Source: an uncultured Nitrososphaerales archaeon
GTDB taxonomy: Archaea; Thermoproteota; Nitrososphaeria; Nitrososphaerales; Nitrososphaeraceae
Length of the DNA: 64,000 nucleotides
Assembly (NCBI GenBank): GCA_963713605.1
Contig: CAVQMO010000010.1
Location: 448,001-512,000 of the forward strand
Direction of reading: 5' to 3'
This document shows positions 23,089 through 34,914 of this stretch, one piece after another. The position numbers and the translations under genes are program-made. Under the pieces are notes generated by a model that searched no databases, had not been told where the DNA came from, and saw only the letters and a program-made list of their open reading frames with translations. Position 1 is the first letter of the stretch, and each line of letters opens with the position of its first letter.

Positions 23089-23466
23089 ATGGTAACACGA
23101 AGAAATCAAAGGGAAAACATAGGATCAGAGACTACACAGAGACCAGTGAATGAAATCAGTGACGATGATGTTAATTTTTTTGTTCACAGATTGGAAGAAA
23201 GATTAGAATCTGGTGAGTATCCTAAGATAAGGGAATTGGAGAAAATGCTTAAACCGCACCTCTCATCCCAAAAAATAATTGCCGTGTTGGGCTACCTGCA
23301 AAGATCGAGGATGTTAGAGGTGGATCTTGATGGAAACATAATATGGATAAGGCGTGATACTTCTGGAAGTGTTGAAAGTGGCACTTTATTTGATTCCGCC
23401 ATTATGAGTGAGGACTTTAGGAAGCTGATGGAGAATCACAATCAAACGCAGTACCATACTAATTAG
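23089..23466 (+). CDS. hypothetical (wHTH-like) protein
   Basis: ORF 23005-23466, ATG at 23089; LGYLQRSRMLEVDLDGNIIWI. Confidence 0.65.
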   Translation: MVTRRNQRENIGSETTQRPVNEISDDDVNFFVHRLEERLESGEYPKIRELEKMLKPHLSSQKIIAVLGYLQRSRMLEVDLDGNIIWIRRDTSGSVESGTLFDSAIMSEDFRKLMENHNQTQYHTN

Positions 23467-23652
23467 TAACTGCCATTATGGTTTGGAGCGCCCAAGAGAT
23501 ATCGGACAACACTTTCTTATATCAAGTTACAGCGTTGTTAAGGGATATCGAATACTGAATATAGGAACTAGGAACTACAATGAGGCATGTCTAAAGCGGT
23601 ATATCATGTGTCCCACAACTATTCATTCAGCCCGTTAAAGTAGATTATCCTG

Positions 23653-24273
23653 TTATGAGTTTAGCTTTATTGAATTGATCCATTTCATAACGATTTCAAA
23701 CGCATTTGCTTTTAGTTGGCTGATGGTAAGCCAATTGTTGGAGATGACTTCATCGGCTAGCGCAATAACCTCGCTTATTCCCACGTCTAATTCTCGTATC
23801 TCCCTCTCCATAAAATCACCCTGAGTCATAGGTGCGTCCGTTCTTCCTCTCTCCTTTAGATGGACAAACCGAACATGCGATGATGCATGAATTGCCAGAA
23901 GCCGCACTTGACCAACACGATTAAGAACATTTACCTCAGCAATACTCCTTATACCGTCTACAACTAAAACGGCATTATCTTCATTGCGTTTCGATATTAA
24001 CATAGAGTCAATTTTCTTTACAACTAATTCAGCCACGGCGCCCTGACCAAACTCTTCGCGCAACTGGATCATCAAATTCCCTAAATTTGTATCATTGAGA
24101 TCGAGTTTAAGTCGCATCGCCTCTTCTCTAATTACGTCACCCATTGTTATAACAAGGAATCCATTCTCCTTCAGCGACCTCGCAACCGTAGATTTTCCTG
24201 CACCTGGCATTCCGGTCAGACAAATAATGACTAGACTCTTTGCAGTCGAATCTCCTGCAGCTTTCTCTACCAA
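23653..24273 (-). CDS. archaeal dephospho-CoA kinase-like P-loop kinase (UPF0200)
   Basis: LTGMPGAGKST, MGDVIREEA, VVDGIRS..EV and RGRTD motifs. Confidence 0.85.
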   Translation of the reverse strand: MVEKAAGDSTAKSLVIICLTGMPGAGKSTVARSLKENGFLVITMGDVIREEAMRLKLDLNDTNLGNLMIQLREEFGQGAVAELVVKKIDSMLISKRNEDNAVLVVDGIRSIAEVNVLNRVGQVRLLAIHASSHVRFVHLKERGRTDAPMTQGDFMEREIRELDVGISEVIALADEVISNNWLTISQLKANAFEIVMKWINSIKLNS

Positions 24274-24486
24274 GTCTCTTTTCCCTCTATTTAAGTAGCT
24301 TACAAATCAGTCGGTGATAATAAGATACTTCTTGATTGCATTTTGGAATAGTTCACTATGATTTCAAGAAGATGTACTTACAGATGATGGCATTGAACCA
24401 AATGAAATACATCTAGATCTGGTGCTGAGTCGATCTAATAGACTATTTTATCAAATTTATAACCTTGAATGTGAAAATGATCTCTT

Positions 24487-25153
24487 GTGGTCTCGATCAA
24501 AAATATTCTTAAGAATATGGAAGCGGCACTGTACACTGCTAGACCACCAAGAATTACTGCCCTCGAATCCCTACGATGTGAAGAAGGAAGCGACCCATTC
24601 AAAATATTGATTGGAACCATATTGTCAGCTCGCACACGAGACGAAAGTACAGACCAAAATAGTGCACAATCTATTTTTGCGTTTTAAGAATAGCAAGGAA
24701 TTGGCTGATGCCAATTTGGAAGAAATAAAGGAGATAATCAGAAGCATAGGATTTTACAATGTTAAGGCTGATCGAATACAAGCTGTCTCTAGAATAATAA
24801 CCACAGAGTATAAGGGAATAGTTCCAGAATCAGTAGAAAAACTTTTGCAGTTACCTGGAGTAGGTCGTAAAACTGCTAATTGTGTCTTAGTCTATGGCTT
24901 TAACAAACCAGCTATACCCGTCGATGTACATGTTCATAGAATATCAAATAGACTTGGTATTGTCGATACCAAAACTCCTGAAATGACAGAAATTGAATTA
25001 GCCAAAGCAACCAGTAGGAGAAATTGGATGAGAATCAACAATACCTTTGTGATGTATGGACAGAACATTTGCTTGCCAAGAAATCCACGGTGTAATGTGT
25101 GTCATCTTAAGGATGATTGTAATTATTACCAAGAAAAGGATTCCAGATTATAA
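24487..25153 (+). CDS. nth: endonuclease III, frameshifted near 24655
   Basis: DPFKILIGTILSARTRDE; HhH LPGVGRKTA; VDVHV; FCL motif CLPRNPRCNVCHLKDDC. Confidence 0.9.
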
Positions 25154-25445
25154 GAACGGCAATACTAATGATTCGCATTAAGGGAACGGGGAGCATGAAA
25201 AACTAGATAATTAGGATTTGTAATGTAGAACTTTGCCCTAAGACGAAAATCATATTGGGGATAGTAAAAAAACAGCAATTATTGAAAAGCATCCTTACGA
25301 TTGAAGAAAAGCAGCCTTAAGGCTGATTGAGTAACTGGATACAGAACCTCATGAATCTGGGCGTAACACTATGAATTACAATCATATTGATCTCTCCTTT
25401 TTTTATTTGTGTTGTAGCTGTTTTCTAATCCATGCTTAGAACAAC

Positions 25446-26180
25446 TCAATCTGGTGGATTAGATCTCTTCTTGAATACTACCAGGACCACAACCAAACCT
25501 CCAACGCCTACAAGCATGGCAAATGGGAGATAATAGACTGGAGACTCTGAAGGGTCACCAAAAATTAAATCAAATGAAATGGTCCCGGCATATGTATTCA
25601 GTGGGGAATTTGAGCTGTCCTTGCCATAGATTGTTATGTAACTTGGATTAAATCCATCAAGGGATAGTCTATCTGTTACTATCCTTTGACCATTATTCAC
25701 TGATAGTCCCTGATTATTTCCATGTCCAACAACTATTGATTCGTCTTTGCTCCAACCGCCAGTGTCTCGCTCATACACTTTGATATATCCAGATTCTTCC
25801 GTGTTTACAGCGGCCCAAAATTTGTCAGAGGTACCGCCAAACATGGCAATCTCAATGAACTTCTCACTTGGGCTTGCTTCATGCAATCTAATGATAGTCT
25901 TTGCATCTTCTCTTTGCGCATAAGACATGTTATTCTGGATTGTTAACATCCAATTTTCTCCGATAGGGTCGCTAAGAGTGAAATTTACCGGGTTTCGCCG
26001 ATCTGCATTGGACACATTGAACGCATAAATAAACTGCTCATTGCTTTTAGTCTCTGTTGACTTTATTGGTTGAATATTTTGTAACCGTTCCTGACTCTGT
26101 CCAATCGCGGAACCAAATTGTATAAAAAAACCAAAAAGTAACAAGAGAAGAAATATTCGTAAGGCCACTTTGTCCCTCAT
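25446..26180 (-). CDS. secreted protein with C-terminal membrane anchor
   Basis: N-terminal signal, C-terminal TM helix followed by KKR. Confidence 0.75.
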   Translation of the reverse strand: MRDKVALRIFLLLLLFGFFIQFGSAIGQSQERLQNIQPIKSTETKSNEQFIYAFNVSNADRRNPVNFTLSDPIGENWMLTIQNNMSYAQREDAKTIIRLHEASPSEKFIEIAMFGGTSDKFWAAVNTEESGYIKVYERDTGGWSKDESIVVGHGNNQGLSVNNGQRIVTDRLSLDGFNPSYITIYGKDSSNSPLNTYAGTISFDLIFGDPSESPVYYLPFAMLVGVGGLVVVLVVFKKRSNPPD

Positions 26181-26484
26181 TCATATATTCACGGCAATAT
26201 TAACCGTAATGGAATATTTGCCTTTATCTTTAAGCAAGCATTTTTCAAACTATGGGTCGAATGTATACTCTCCATTTAGGAATCTCGATTTTGAAGCGGA
26301 AGGAATAGAAAATGATAGCGTTGACTTGCACAGTATTTGATTATATAACCCTCTATCTCGACCTATCATTGAGAACATTAGAATGTTCAAGGGAGGCAGG
26401 ATACCAAAGGAACTGTCTTAGGATGTCGGTATCAGAGCTGAGAGCGTTATTTTTTGAACTTGCATCTACTAACCTAGCATACTT

Positions 26485-27631
26485 TTATTTGACGAATGGC
26501 TCGGCGTAGGAAAGTATGACTTTGGCGACCTCTGGTCTCATTAAATGATCAGCAGGCATTGTTCCAGAGCTTACAAGGTTTCTCATCTTAGTACCACTGA
26601 GTTCTTCCCTTTCTTCGGAATTGTGGGGACATATCTTTGCGCTAGAATACCCTCGACACTTCTTGCAGTAATAAAAGGCTGGAAAGAATACTGGTTCAAT
26701 TTCCAGGTCTGGATATTCATAGAATATCCTTTGCGCGGCCAACGGTTCATAATAGTTGCCTACGCCAGCGTGGTCCCTACCAACAATGAGATGTGTGCAT
26801 CCAAAATTCTTGCGCATTATTGCATGATGAATTGCCTCCCTAGGGCCAGCATATCTCATCTCTGTATGAAGGGAAACAAGCATCGCACTTCCGCTCGAAT
26901 AATAACTATCAAGCAGAGTTTCATAAGTATGAAGTATTACTTCATCCTTAAAGTCTCCTAATTTTTTCTTACCAATAAGTGGATTGATAAATAGACCATC
27001 AAATAGACTAAGTGCGGTCTTCTGCAAGGTTTCGTGGGCTACGTGGGGTACATTTCTGGTTTGAAAACCTACTACACTTTTCCACCCTCGAGTTAGAATT
27101 TCGTTCCTGGTTTCAGCAGGAGTTTTCCTCAGCTTTCTTGATTGCGAAAAAGGGATTCGGGAGAAAACTCTTATCTTTCCCCCAACCAACACGTCATTCA
27201 TACTCATAGTTTTCATCACGCCTGGGTGTTGCAGATCAACTGTTTGGTATATCTCTTTTGCAACTTTTCGCTTATCGAATCGATATATATCATCGACTGA
27301 CATAACCCCGAAGGCTTCCCTATTATTTACTAGCGAAACTTCACCTGCATCTTTCATCTTGATCGCAGTTGCATTCTCAACATCAAGTAACAATTGGAAT
27401 CGTCCAGGGCAGTCCGTTTGACAATCTTCCTTTACTAACGATACTCTCAAAATCATCTTGACCGACAAATCCTTCTAAGGGGCTAAAAATTCCGTCAGCA
27501 ATGTTTTCAATGTCGTTCCTCGTATCAGTATCAATAACAATAGAGAACATTCCATCAAGATTTTTTTGGTGAGAACTAAATCTATTGATCAATTCACCTC
27601 CATGAGGGGGAGGCATTCCACTTTTTGCCAA
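26485..27631 (-). CDS. sat: sulfate adenylyltransferase (ATP sulfurylase), frameshifted near 27390
   Basis: PPHGGELI, FSPLEGF, FQTRNVPHVAHE, MRYAGPREA and GRDHAGVG motifs. Confidence 0.92.
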
Positions 27632-27649
27632 TTACATAATCACTTATTC

Positions 27650-28453
27650 CTAGCTCGGATCCCAATGCAAACCGCATTCTTTATGCGCAGAACCCTCCCA
27701 CCACCATCTTCCTGAACGCGGATCTTCGTTTGGTTTTACTGCTCTAGTGCATGGCTCGCACCCTATACTTGGATAACCTTTGTCATGAAGCTTATTGTAA
27801 GGTACATCATTATGCTTGATATAGTTCCAAACCATATCGTTGTCCCAATCTGCTATTGGGTTGATCTTAATTATATCATTATGAATAGAATCAATTTCTA
27901 TCTTGTTGATGGTAGATCGAGTCGACGTCTGTTCTCTTCTTAAGCCAGTAATCCAACCTGACATATCTCTTAAGGCTCTATCAAGGGGATGAACTTTTCT
28001 AATTTCGGAGCAGAGTTTTCGATTTTCAACAGAGTCATACATTAAATTCATTCTATGAGTTCTGAGCATAGTTTCTAGCTCGTGGTGATCAGGACAATAA
28101 CTGTCCACCTGGATTCCATATTTCTTCTTAATCTCATCCATTACATCATAGGTTTCTTGGTTTAGCCGACCAGTGTCCAACGTAAAAATCCTTGTCTTCT
28201 CTGTATCAATTTTCGACATCATATCAATTATGGCCACGTCTTCGGCCCCAAAACTTGAAGCTAAAGCTACCCTTTCACCATATGTTTCAATGGCCCATCT
28301 CAATATCTCTTCTGCAGATTTGTCTCTCATCCTCCTCTCCAAGTCTTGTACCTCTATGCGAGTATAACGAGTAAATATGGATTGACCGGGTCTGTTTTCC
28401 ACAATGGTTCGTACCTCCTTAGACTTATAATTTTTCGTTATTAAATAGGTCAA
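27650..28453 (-). CDS. cysH: APS/PAPS reductase
   Basis: SSFGAED, LDTGRL, WITGLRREQ, GYPSIGCEPCT, RSGRWWW and KECGLH motifs; adjacent to sat. Confidence 0.92.
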   Translation of the reverse strand: MTYLITKNYKSKEVRTIVENRPGQSIFTRYTRIEVQDLERRMRDKSAEEILRWAIETYGERVALASSFGAEDVAIIDMMSKIDTEKTRIFTLDTGRLNQETYDVMDEIKKKYGIQVDSYCPDHHELETMLRTHRMNLMYDSVENRKLCSEIRKVHPLDRALRDMSGWITGLRREQTSTRSTINKIEIDSIHNDIIKINPIADWDNDMVWNYIKHNDVPYNKLHDKGYPSIGCEPCTRAVKPNEDPRSGRWWWEGSAHKECGLHWDPS

Positions 28454-28505
28454 TAAGAAATCGACCAGAATTTATAAATTTGATGTAGCATAACATCAGA
28501 CCGAA

Positions 28506-28688
28506 ATGAAGAGATTGACATGCAGGGACGTGGGTCTGGACTGTGACTATGTGTTTCTTGGAGATTCGAACGAGGAAGTGACTTCCAAGGCCGTTAAACA
28601 CGCGTGGGAAGCTCATGCGATAAGCGCTGAGGAAATGACCTCCGATATGAAAACTAGGATAAAGGAGAACATCATAGCTACAGAATAA
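28506..28688 (+). CDS. DUF1059 small metal-binding protein
   Basis: CRDVGLDCDY..EEV..HAWEAH pattern. Confidence 0.85.
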   Translation: MKRLTCRDVGLDCDYVFLGDSNEEVTSKAVKHAWEAHAISAEEMTSDMKTRIKENIIATE

Positions 28689-28866
28689 AGGATAACGTTT
28701 ACTTGGGTAGAAAAAAGTTACAAAAGTGCGGACAAGATTGCATTTGAAAGTTGTAAATCTCTGAAATGCTCCATTTCTCTTGAAATGAAGTTAGATAGAG
28801 GATCATCTTCGCATGAATCTAATGAGTCTAACAGAGCGTGCTCGCAACGGTAATGATATGTTTTTG

Positions 28867-29334
28867 TTAACCTAAAACGTTGAGGGTAAAGTTTGCAAAT
28901 TCTGGTCGAATTGGATTAAATAAAATCCCATACACAGGAATTTCTATTCTGTACTGGCCAGCCTGATTGAATTTGTAATTTAGCATGGGTATCGTCATTA
29001 CTCCCTCAATCGCATGTAAAGGAACCTCCGGTTGACCTGTTGAATTAGTTGCTTGAAATACTCGACTATTGTTATCATAAATTCTTAGATTAAAATCGAC
29101 ATGCTCTTGTAATGCATTAGTACCCGGCTTTAGAAACGATATTTTAAATTTGGTTGAACTCTCATTCACCTTAGCTGGGTATGGGGTGGGCTCCAAGAAT
29201 ACATCTAGACTTGATCCACTAGTTGCATTTTGAACTGATGACTTCTGGGCATCTAACAAGTATGGCGTACAAAGGGAATATACTATTAGTAATGATAAAA
29301 CTATTAGAAAGAAAGCGTACCTACTTCGCATCAT
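28867..29334 (-). CDS. secreted Ig-like protein
   Basis: Signal peptide; QEHVDFNLRI..GILFNPIRPE resembles thaumarchaeal surface domains. Confidence 0.7.
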   Translation of the reverse strand: MMRSRYAFFLIVLSLLIVYSLCTPYLLDAQKSSVQNATSGSSLDVFLEPTPYPAKVNESSTKFKISFLKPGTNALQEHVDFNLRIYDNNSRVFQATNSTGQPEVPLHAIEGVMTIPMLNYKFNQAGQYRIEIPVYGILFNPIRPEFANFTLNVLG

Positions 29335-29691
29335 TTCAGAGGGACTATCATTTTTCTGAATATTTATGATTTACCATTCTTCTTCACAAGACGTTTGTTA
29401 TTGATTTGCAAAGGAAAGGCATTGCATTGATGCTCTCCTTACATCAGATATTAAAAGTTAAAGGCAGGCACTTTATTCCCAATGTTTATCATTACCATAA
29501 TTCTTCTTTCAATCCAACTCTAATTACGTCCGATATTCAATATCTTGAGAATCAGCAATCTCCGTCTGCAGAATTGGAGCAGGAACAACCGTTTACTTAT
29601 CCGCTGCGACTGACGCGTCAACAATAATCATTTAAGGTTCATAGGGACTATCGTAGATGCGTTGCCAGTAGGACTTCTGACATTTTCTCAA

Positions 29692-30919
29692 CTAGTCAGA
29701 TGTTGTCGCAGTTGACATTTTTAGGTCTTTTGCAAATCTCATTACGTACGGAGTTATGAACGTAGTTATTATGGTTACTATACCTATTATTGGGAATATG
29801 CTAGTCGAGATAGCTCCACTTTGCTGACCAGTCTTAGCTACAACCAAGGACATTTCAGCTCGTGCAGACGATAAACCTAGCCCAGTTCTTAGAGCAACAT
29901 TCTTATCATATCCAGCCTTAAGTAACACAACGCTTATTATCAACAATTTTGAGGCAAATGTAGTTACTATTAGAATCAAGGCGGGTAGAATTAGAAATGG
30001 GATCTGCGATATATCCATAAGTGCACCTATCGAAATAAAGAATAGTGCAGCAAATACATCCCTTAATGGAACTGTTACTACCCTTGCTATTGCTGCACTC
30101 TTGGATTCGGCAACTAATACTCCTGCGAGAAATGCTCCTGTTGCTACCGACAATTCAAGAGATGATGCCAAGAAAGATAATCCGAAAGCTAAGCCAAGTA
30201 TAGAGATAAGGAGTAAGTTATAATCATTAGTCTTACCTATTTTGTCTATTATGTTTGGAATAAACCTTGAACCTACGGTAAGAGTTATTCCGATAAACGC
30301 AGTTACAATTGCAACCGGGATTGCAATCTGAATTATGGAAGAAGTTTGATTACTATCATTTATTCCCTCAATTGCTATGGACTGAAATATTCCAAGGGCC
30401 GTAATGGCGATAATATCTTCAACAATCAAGACTCCTAGCATAAGCGTGGCTGACTTGTCTCTAATCATATTAAGCTCCTCTAGGATTCGAACTATAACTA
30501 TCGTTACTTGAAATAGACATACATAACGCAAGGAATAGTGAATCTCTAAAAGAGAACTGTAAGGCCTGAGCCACATAATACGAAATAATCATAGTACCAA
30601 TTGTCTCACTTAGTGCTACTATAATAGATATTCTACCCACTGACCTTAGTTTAGCAATGGGAAAGTCAGTACCAATGACGAAAAGAAACATAATAATCCC
30701 TAACTCAGAAAAAGCGTTTAGAGTATCAATGCTTTGAATCAGGCTAAATGGCGGAGTATGTGGACCTATTATCATACCGGCTATAATATATCCTATAATC
30801 ATAGGTTGTTTTAGTTTATGAGTAACTGCAAGTATCACGGCGGCGACAATCATGACTACGGCAAAATCCTGAACAAGAAACACGGAAGACAGTGAATCAC
30901 CAGGAACGTTTGATTGCAT
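29692..30919 (-). CDS. cation:proton antiporter (CPA2/Kef type), frameshifted near 30505
   Basis: LKQPMIIGYIIAGMIIGP, SISS/T, GVLIVED, GAFLAGV and FFISIG; multiple TM helices. Confidence 0.88.
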
Positions 30920-31086
30920 TATGATGTCCTGGAAGATCAATTCGATGGTTATTTTTGTGATCCGTACATTATTAAGAATTTGGTTTGTGACAAACAAATA
31001 TTAGTAATAATCTTAAGTACCTGCTTGTCACTGCGATATCTTGACGCTTTCACGCTCAAGACTTTGTTGCTCTTGAACTAGTAACG

Positions 31087-31401
31087 TCAATCCGAGTCAT
31101 CAGATTCATTCTCTTCCATATAAAGTTCGAGACCATCATTTGAACTGCTATTATTATTGCAATCAAAGTCGCTGCTGTCTGGTAATAAATCAAGGTGCGA
31201 GGGAAAATGTCCGGAACAGTAGTAATTGGTGCATTTTTTACATTGTTTGGTTGGCTTGTTGAAGCAATTTACTATACCGCATATGCCTTCCTTTCTTGAC
31301 CTTCGGGTCCATTCATTTATCTCTTCTTCAGTTGGTAGTAGGCCGCCGCCAGTGTGGGAGGGCAACTTCTCTACCTCTATATCTATTGATGTTGTTAGCA
31401 T
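31087..31401 (-). CDS. zinc-finger protein with acidic tail
   Basis: CGIVNC..CKKC..YCSGH..H. Confidence 0.65.
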   Translation of the reverse strand: MLTTSIDIEVEKLPSHTGGGLLPTEEEINEWTRRSRKEGICGIVNCFNKPTKQCKKCTNYYCSGHFPSHLDLLPDSSDFDCNNNSSSNDGLELYMEENESDDSD

Positions 31402-31687
31402 TGTAATTTATTATCGTCGATTTACATGGTGGCGAGCGACATTCACATGTAATGTTATCGCTCCGCTTACATACCCTATGATTGGTTGTTAGACAGGCCA
31501 GTGAGACGTTCATTTTATTATTACTTGGTATAAAATAGTCGAAGGTCCTAAAAAAATAGTATATAGTAAACGTCCCCAACTCGTAACATAATACTAAGAG
31601 CTAAATATCTAGATTGTACTTCAAGAAGAAATCTATGATTTAATAAATAGCCTAATTGACCAGAATCTAGAAAAAGGAATAGCCTTG

Positions 31688-32066
31688 ATGGCCATCATTA
31701 TCGCAACTATTGCTTCTTTAGCCCTTTTAGTAGTACTAGTTTCTAGCCCCGCCGCAGATGCAAGGTATTCAAACAGTCAGGCTCAATCTCTAGTTTAATG
31801 AGTGTGGTCTAGATGGGACCTCTGGGATCAATTGTGCTAATAATGGTCCTCTGATGCAGGGCGATAGTTTGGCTAGTTCGTCAATAGTTACACAGTTTGG
31901 AGGAGGACAAGGACAGCAAGGACCAGCAGGACCACCACCGACAATAGACAAGGACCACCGAGCAGACGAAATAAGAAATATCATAGACCTTTGGCAGATA
32001 TATCATGCTCATCCAAGTAATGAACTGCCTCCAGGAATTGCATCAGTTAACTATAACGTTAGGTAA
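31688..32066 (+). pseudogene. divergent member of the secreted two-Cys Q/N peptide family with collagen-like Gxx tail, frameshifted
   Basis: Signal MAIIIATIASLALLVVLVSSPAADA, then RYSNSQAQSLV/NECGLDGTSGINCANNGPLMQGD..GQGQQGPAGPP; extra T at 31794-31796. Confidence 0.6.
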
Positions 32067-32462
32067 CATGTATGCAGCACTTCCCGCCTATTCAGGACTT
32101 TCTTTGCAAGACTACCTTAGTGATGATCATTCCTTGGACTCGAATCGAGGCCAACAAGCAGGCAGCGTTGGAATGAGTCCAGATCATGAACCTGTAGTAT
32201 AGCAGCCATGTATGATACGGCTGGAATAAGGCCTGAGGAAGATGCTAAAAGTCAAACACATTTCAATTTTTATCAAGCGACTATTAATAGGTACCAAATA
32301 ACAGGATAAGATCGTGAAGGATGGATACAGATGGATAGTTGCTTTTCATTTTAGAAAGCATTTTAGAACATTTTGAACTATCCTGACATCATTGACTAGC
32401 TTAGGGGTGTACTGACATGTCTAAGATAGTTCAAACATATCCTTCCCTTGCCTTAGACCAGT

Positions 32463-32855
32463 TTATTTTGTAATCGTCATCTCGTATTTTATGGAAAAAC
32501 TGCGCGCAACTGCAGAGACATGCAGATTGATAGAACTATGAGACAACTTACGGATATCCCTTAGGTAAAGGACATAATCAGTTACCATTTGCTTTGTCAG
32601 TTTAGGACTATACTCTCGCAGTGGTTCAATGTCGTTAATTTTGTAGTGTGTTAAAAATTCGTTGATGTGATACGAATACGTCCGCTTAGTCTGATTCGAT
32701 AGGCTACCTGTCGTTACCTTATATCGATAGTAGATGATCGGAGTAGGAGATGTGGGTTCAGTTGAAGGTTGCTGTTGTTGTTGCTTCTGCTCTAGATTCT
32801 CTTCGTCCACCACAGGTTTATCATAAGGAATCCAGTTATTATAGATAGTATTCAT
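32463..32855 (-). pseudogene. integrase N-terminal (SAM-like) fragment
   Basis: TKRTYSYHINEFL..EYSPKL..DYVLYLRDIRKLSHSSINLHVSAV, paralogous to 17790-18008; no catalytic domain. Confidence 0.7.
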
Positions 32856-33215
32856 TAGTTATAATTTGGTGTCCAACGAATCTCTAACATGTTCATAATT
32901 CTATCTAGTCTCTTTTGAAAAATCTATTTCAGTTTTTGAGCTCGAATAGAAGAATTCATAGCTAATTAGTAAATTAACAATGTATTAGACTAGAAAGATA
33001 TACCTAGTTTGCCTTATTGGATAACAACTAGTTATCAAATCACTATGTTTCATATGCGGTAATTTCAGACAATGATATCAACTCCAAACTTCGGCCATTT
33101 GTCACAATCTACAAATAAGCAAGATGAATGCAATGGTTTATTTTCGCCCTAACCTATCTGGGTATTAACGAATACCGAATCAGAATTCATAAAAAAGAAG
33201 CTGAACCTTGTAGAA

Positions 33216-33692
33216 TTGCCTGGCGAAGGTGGATTTTATAGGGAAACTTACAGATCTAAATTTTCCACCACTTACACATCTCGAAAAAACAAAATTAAAG
33301 TATCACAAGATTATACGCGCTCTACGGTGACTTTGATCTACTACTTGTTAGATGGAAAGGGTCACTTCTCTGCCTTCCATAAGCTTAAATCAGACGAAAT
33401 TTGGCACTATTATAGGGGAAGCCCAGTAACGATCTATGTCATTGACAACAAAGGTCATTTGACACGAATTAGGCTTGGAAATGATATCAGTCAGGGAGAG
33501 CATTGCCACGCCATCATCAGAGCCGGTTTGTGGTTCGGAGCCAGGGTTGATGATATTACCTCGTTCGCGCTTATTGGATGTACGGTTACTCCAGGCTTTG
33601 ACTACAAGGATTTTGAGCTAGGTACAAGAAGTAAATTGATTCGGATGTTCCCAAAGCATAAAGCAACAATATTGAGTTTGACTCACGAATAA
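33216..33692 (+). CDS. cupin (DUF985/Cupin_5) protein
   Basis: PGEGGFYRETY, IYYLL, FSAFHKLKSDEIWHYY, GCTVTPGFDY; start probably slightly upstream. Confidence 0.9.
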   Translation: MPGEGGFYRETYRSKFSTTYTSRKNKIKVSQDYTRSTVTLIYYLLDGKGHFSAFHKLKSDEIWHYYRGSPVTIYVIDNKGHLTRIRLGNDISQGEHCHAIIRAGLWFGARVDDITSFALIGCTVTPGFDYKDFELGTRSKLIRMFPKHKATILSLTHE

Positions 33693-33795
33693 TTCCTCGA
33701 ACAACTTTGGGGGGAGTAATGGTTAGGCATTCTATGAAGCCACAACAATTTAAGATCGATATTGCAATTATAAGAAGTATGTTGAGTAAAAAAAT

Positions 33796-34128
33796 ATGGT
33801 TAGACTGGTCCGGACAGATAGGGAAAAAGGACTTCTCATGTTAGAAGTGCGAAAGAGCGAAATTGAAGACATTTTGAGTTCAATCGACGAGATGACTGAA
33901 CTGCAACAAATATTCCTCCTAGTGAATCTTCCCGCTACTGAGGAGGATAGAAGAAGGGTCGATAGATTTAAGCACCTAAGAGAAGATTTTCGGAAATTGT
34001 TGAAGCCCATAACTTGGGTAATACGACGATGTACTTCTTTCAGCGGCAATTTCTTGGTCAAATGCATCTTAAAGATGCAAAAAGGGATAATGGATCATGA
34101 AATAAGGTTAGTTCCTAAAATATCTTAG
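33796..34128 (+). CDS. hypothetical protein (3' end uncertain)
   Basis: ATG start, helical N-terminal ~70 aa. Confidence 0.5.
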   Translation: MVRLVRTDREKGLLMLEVRKSEIEDILSSIDEMTELQQIFLLVNLPATEEDRRRVDRFKHLREDFRKLLKPITWVIRRCTSFSGNFLVKCILKMQKGIMDHEIRLVPKIS

Positions 34129-34464
34129 GATTGTGCATCGTAGCACCAATAATATAATATCGACGATGAAGCAGATACAGGTATAACCTAAGTCTGGGCG
34201 CTTTTTCACATGCTAAGTGGTAGCTAGTATGATTTACTCTCTAAATTCATGGTTCAGCGGCCGAGTATTGTTTTTGGAGAGCCAACTATTTTCGTAGTTT
34301 ATGAGTTAGGGGGACCAGCCACCCTAGATGCGTATTCTTGATATGCCTAAGAGCACGTTGTCATTGAGGTTGATTTACCTGTCCTATTTTAAGACCATGC
34401 AACTCGGCTGCAGTCAATGCAAGATATTTACGGTGATAAATGGTGGTGCATTGGCGACTAGCTA

Positions 34465-34683
34465 TTATTGTATTGTACGTTTCATACGTAATTTTTCCTT
34501 ACCCTTTCTATTGTTAGGTGACGTTCTGAGAGGGCACTTACAGCATGGACAGATATATCCCTCATGAAATAAATACACTTCACATCTACGGCAATATTTT
34601 ATCCCAAGACTATAACTTCCAATACTTGAACCCATTCTTGTACATATGTTGCGACAAGGCAAATGAAACATAATAAAGAACAA
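34465..34683 (-). CDS. Cys-rich zinc-finger protein
   Basis: CRNIC..CRRC..CPCC..LRTSP; paralog of 22195-22452. Confidence 0.75.
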   Translation of the reverse strand: MFFIMFHLPCRNICTRMGSSIGSYSLGIKYCRRCEVYLFHEGYICPCCKCPLRTSPNNRKGKEKLRMKRTIQ

Positions 34684-34914
34684 TTTGAATATCCTAAAAG
34701 TATTGTAATACCTCGCTGTGAGGGGGAGTATCCCCTCCTATTACCGTTGATTATCCATTAAGAATACATGAACTTGTGTCTGAGTTAGATGTGGGCTGTC
34801 TAAATAATAATATGGAAGATCTCCATTATTATATTTGAATTAAGATTAACTGCAAATTAACATCTCAAATAACTAGAAACAATCGAAAACAAGATCCACG
34901 TATGGTTATAAGCC

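Noticed and set aside
27383..27468. Programmed ribosomal frameshifting in sat, nth or ALDH
   Set aside because: No shared slippery heptamer or stimulatory structure; indels are scattered across unrelated genes.
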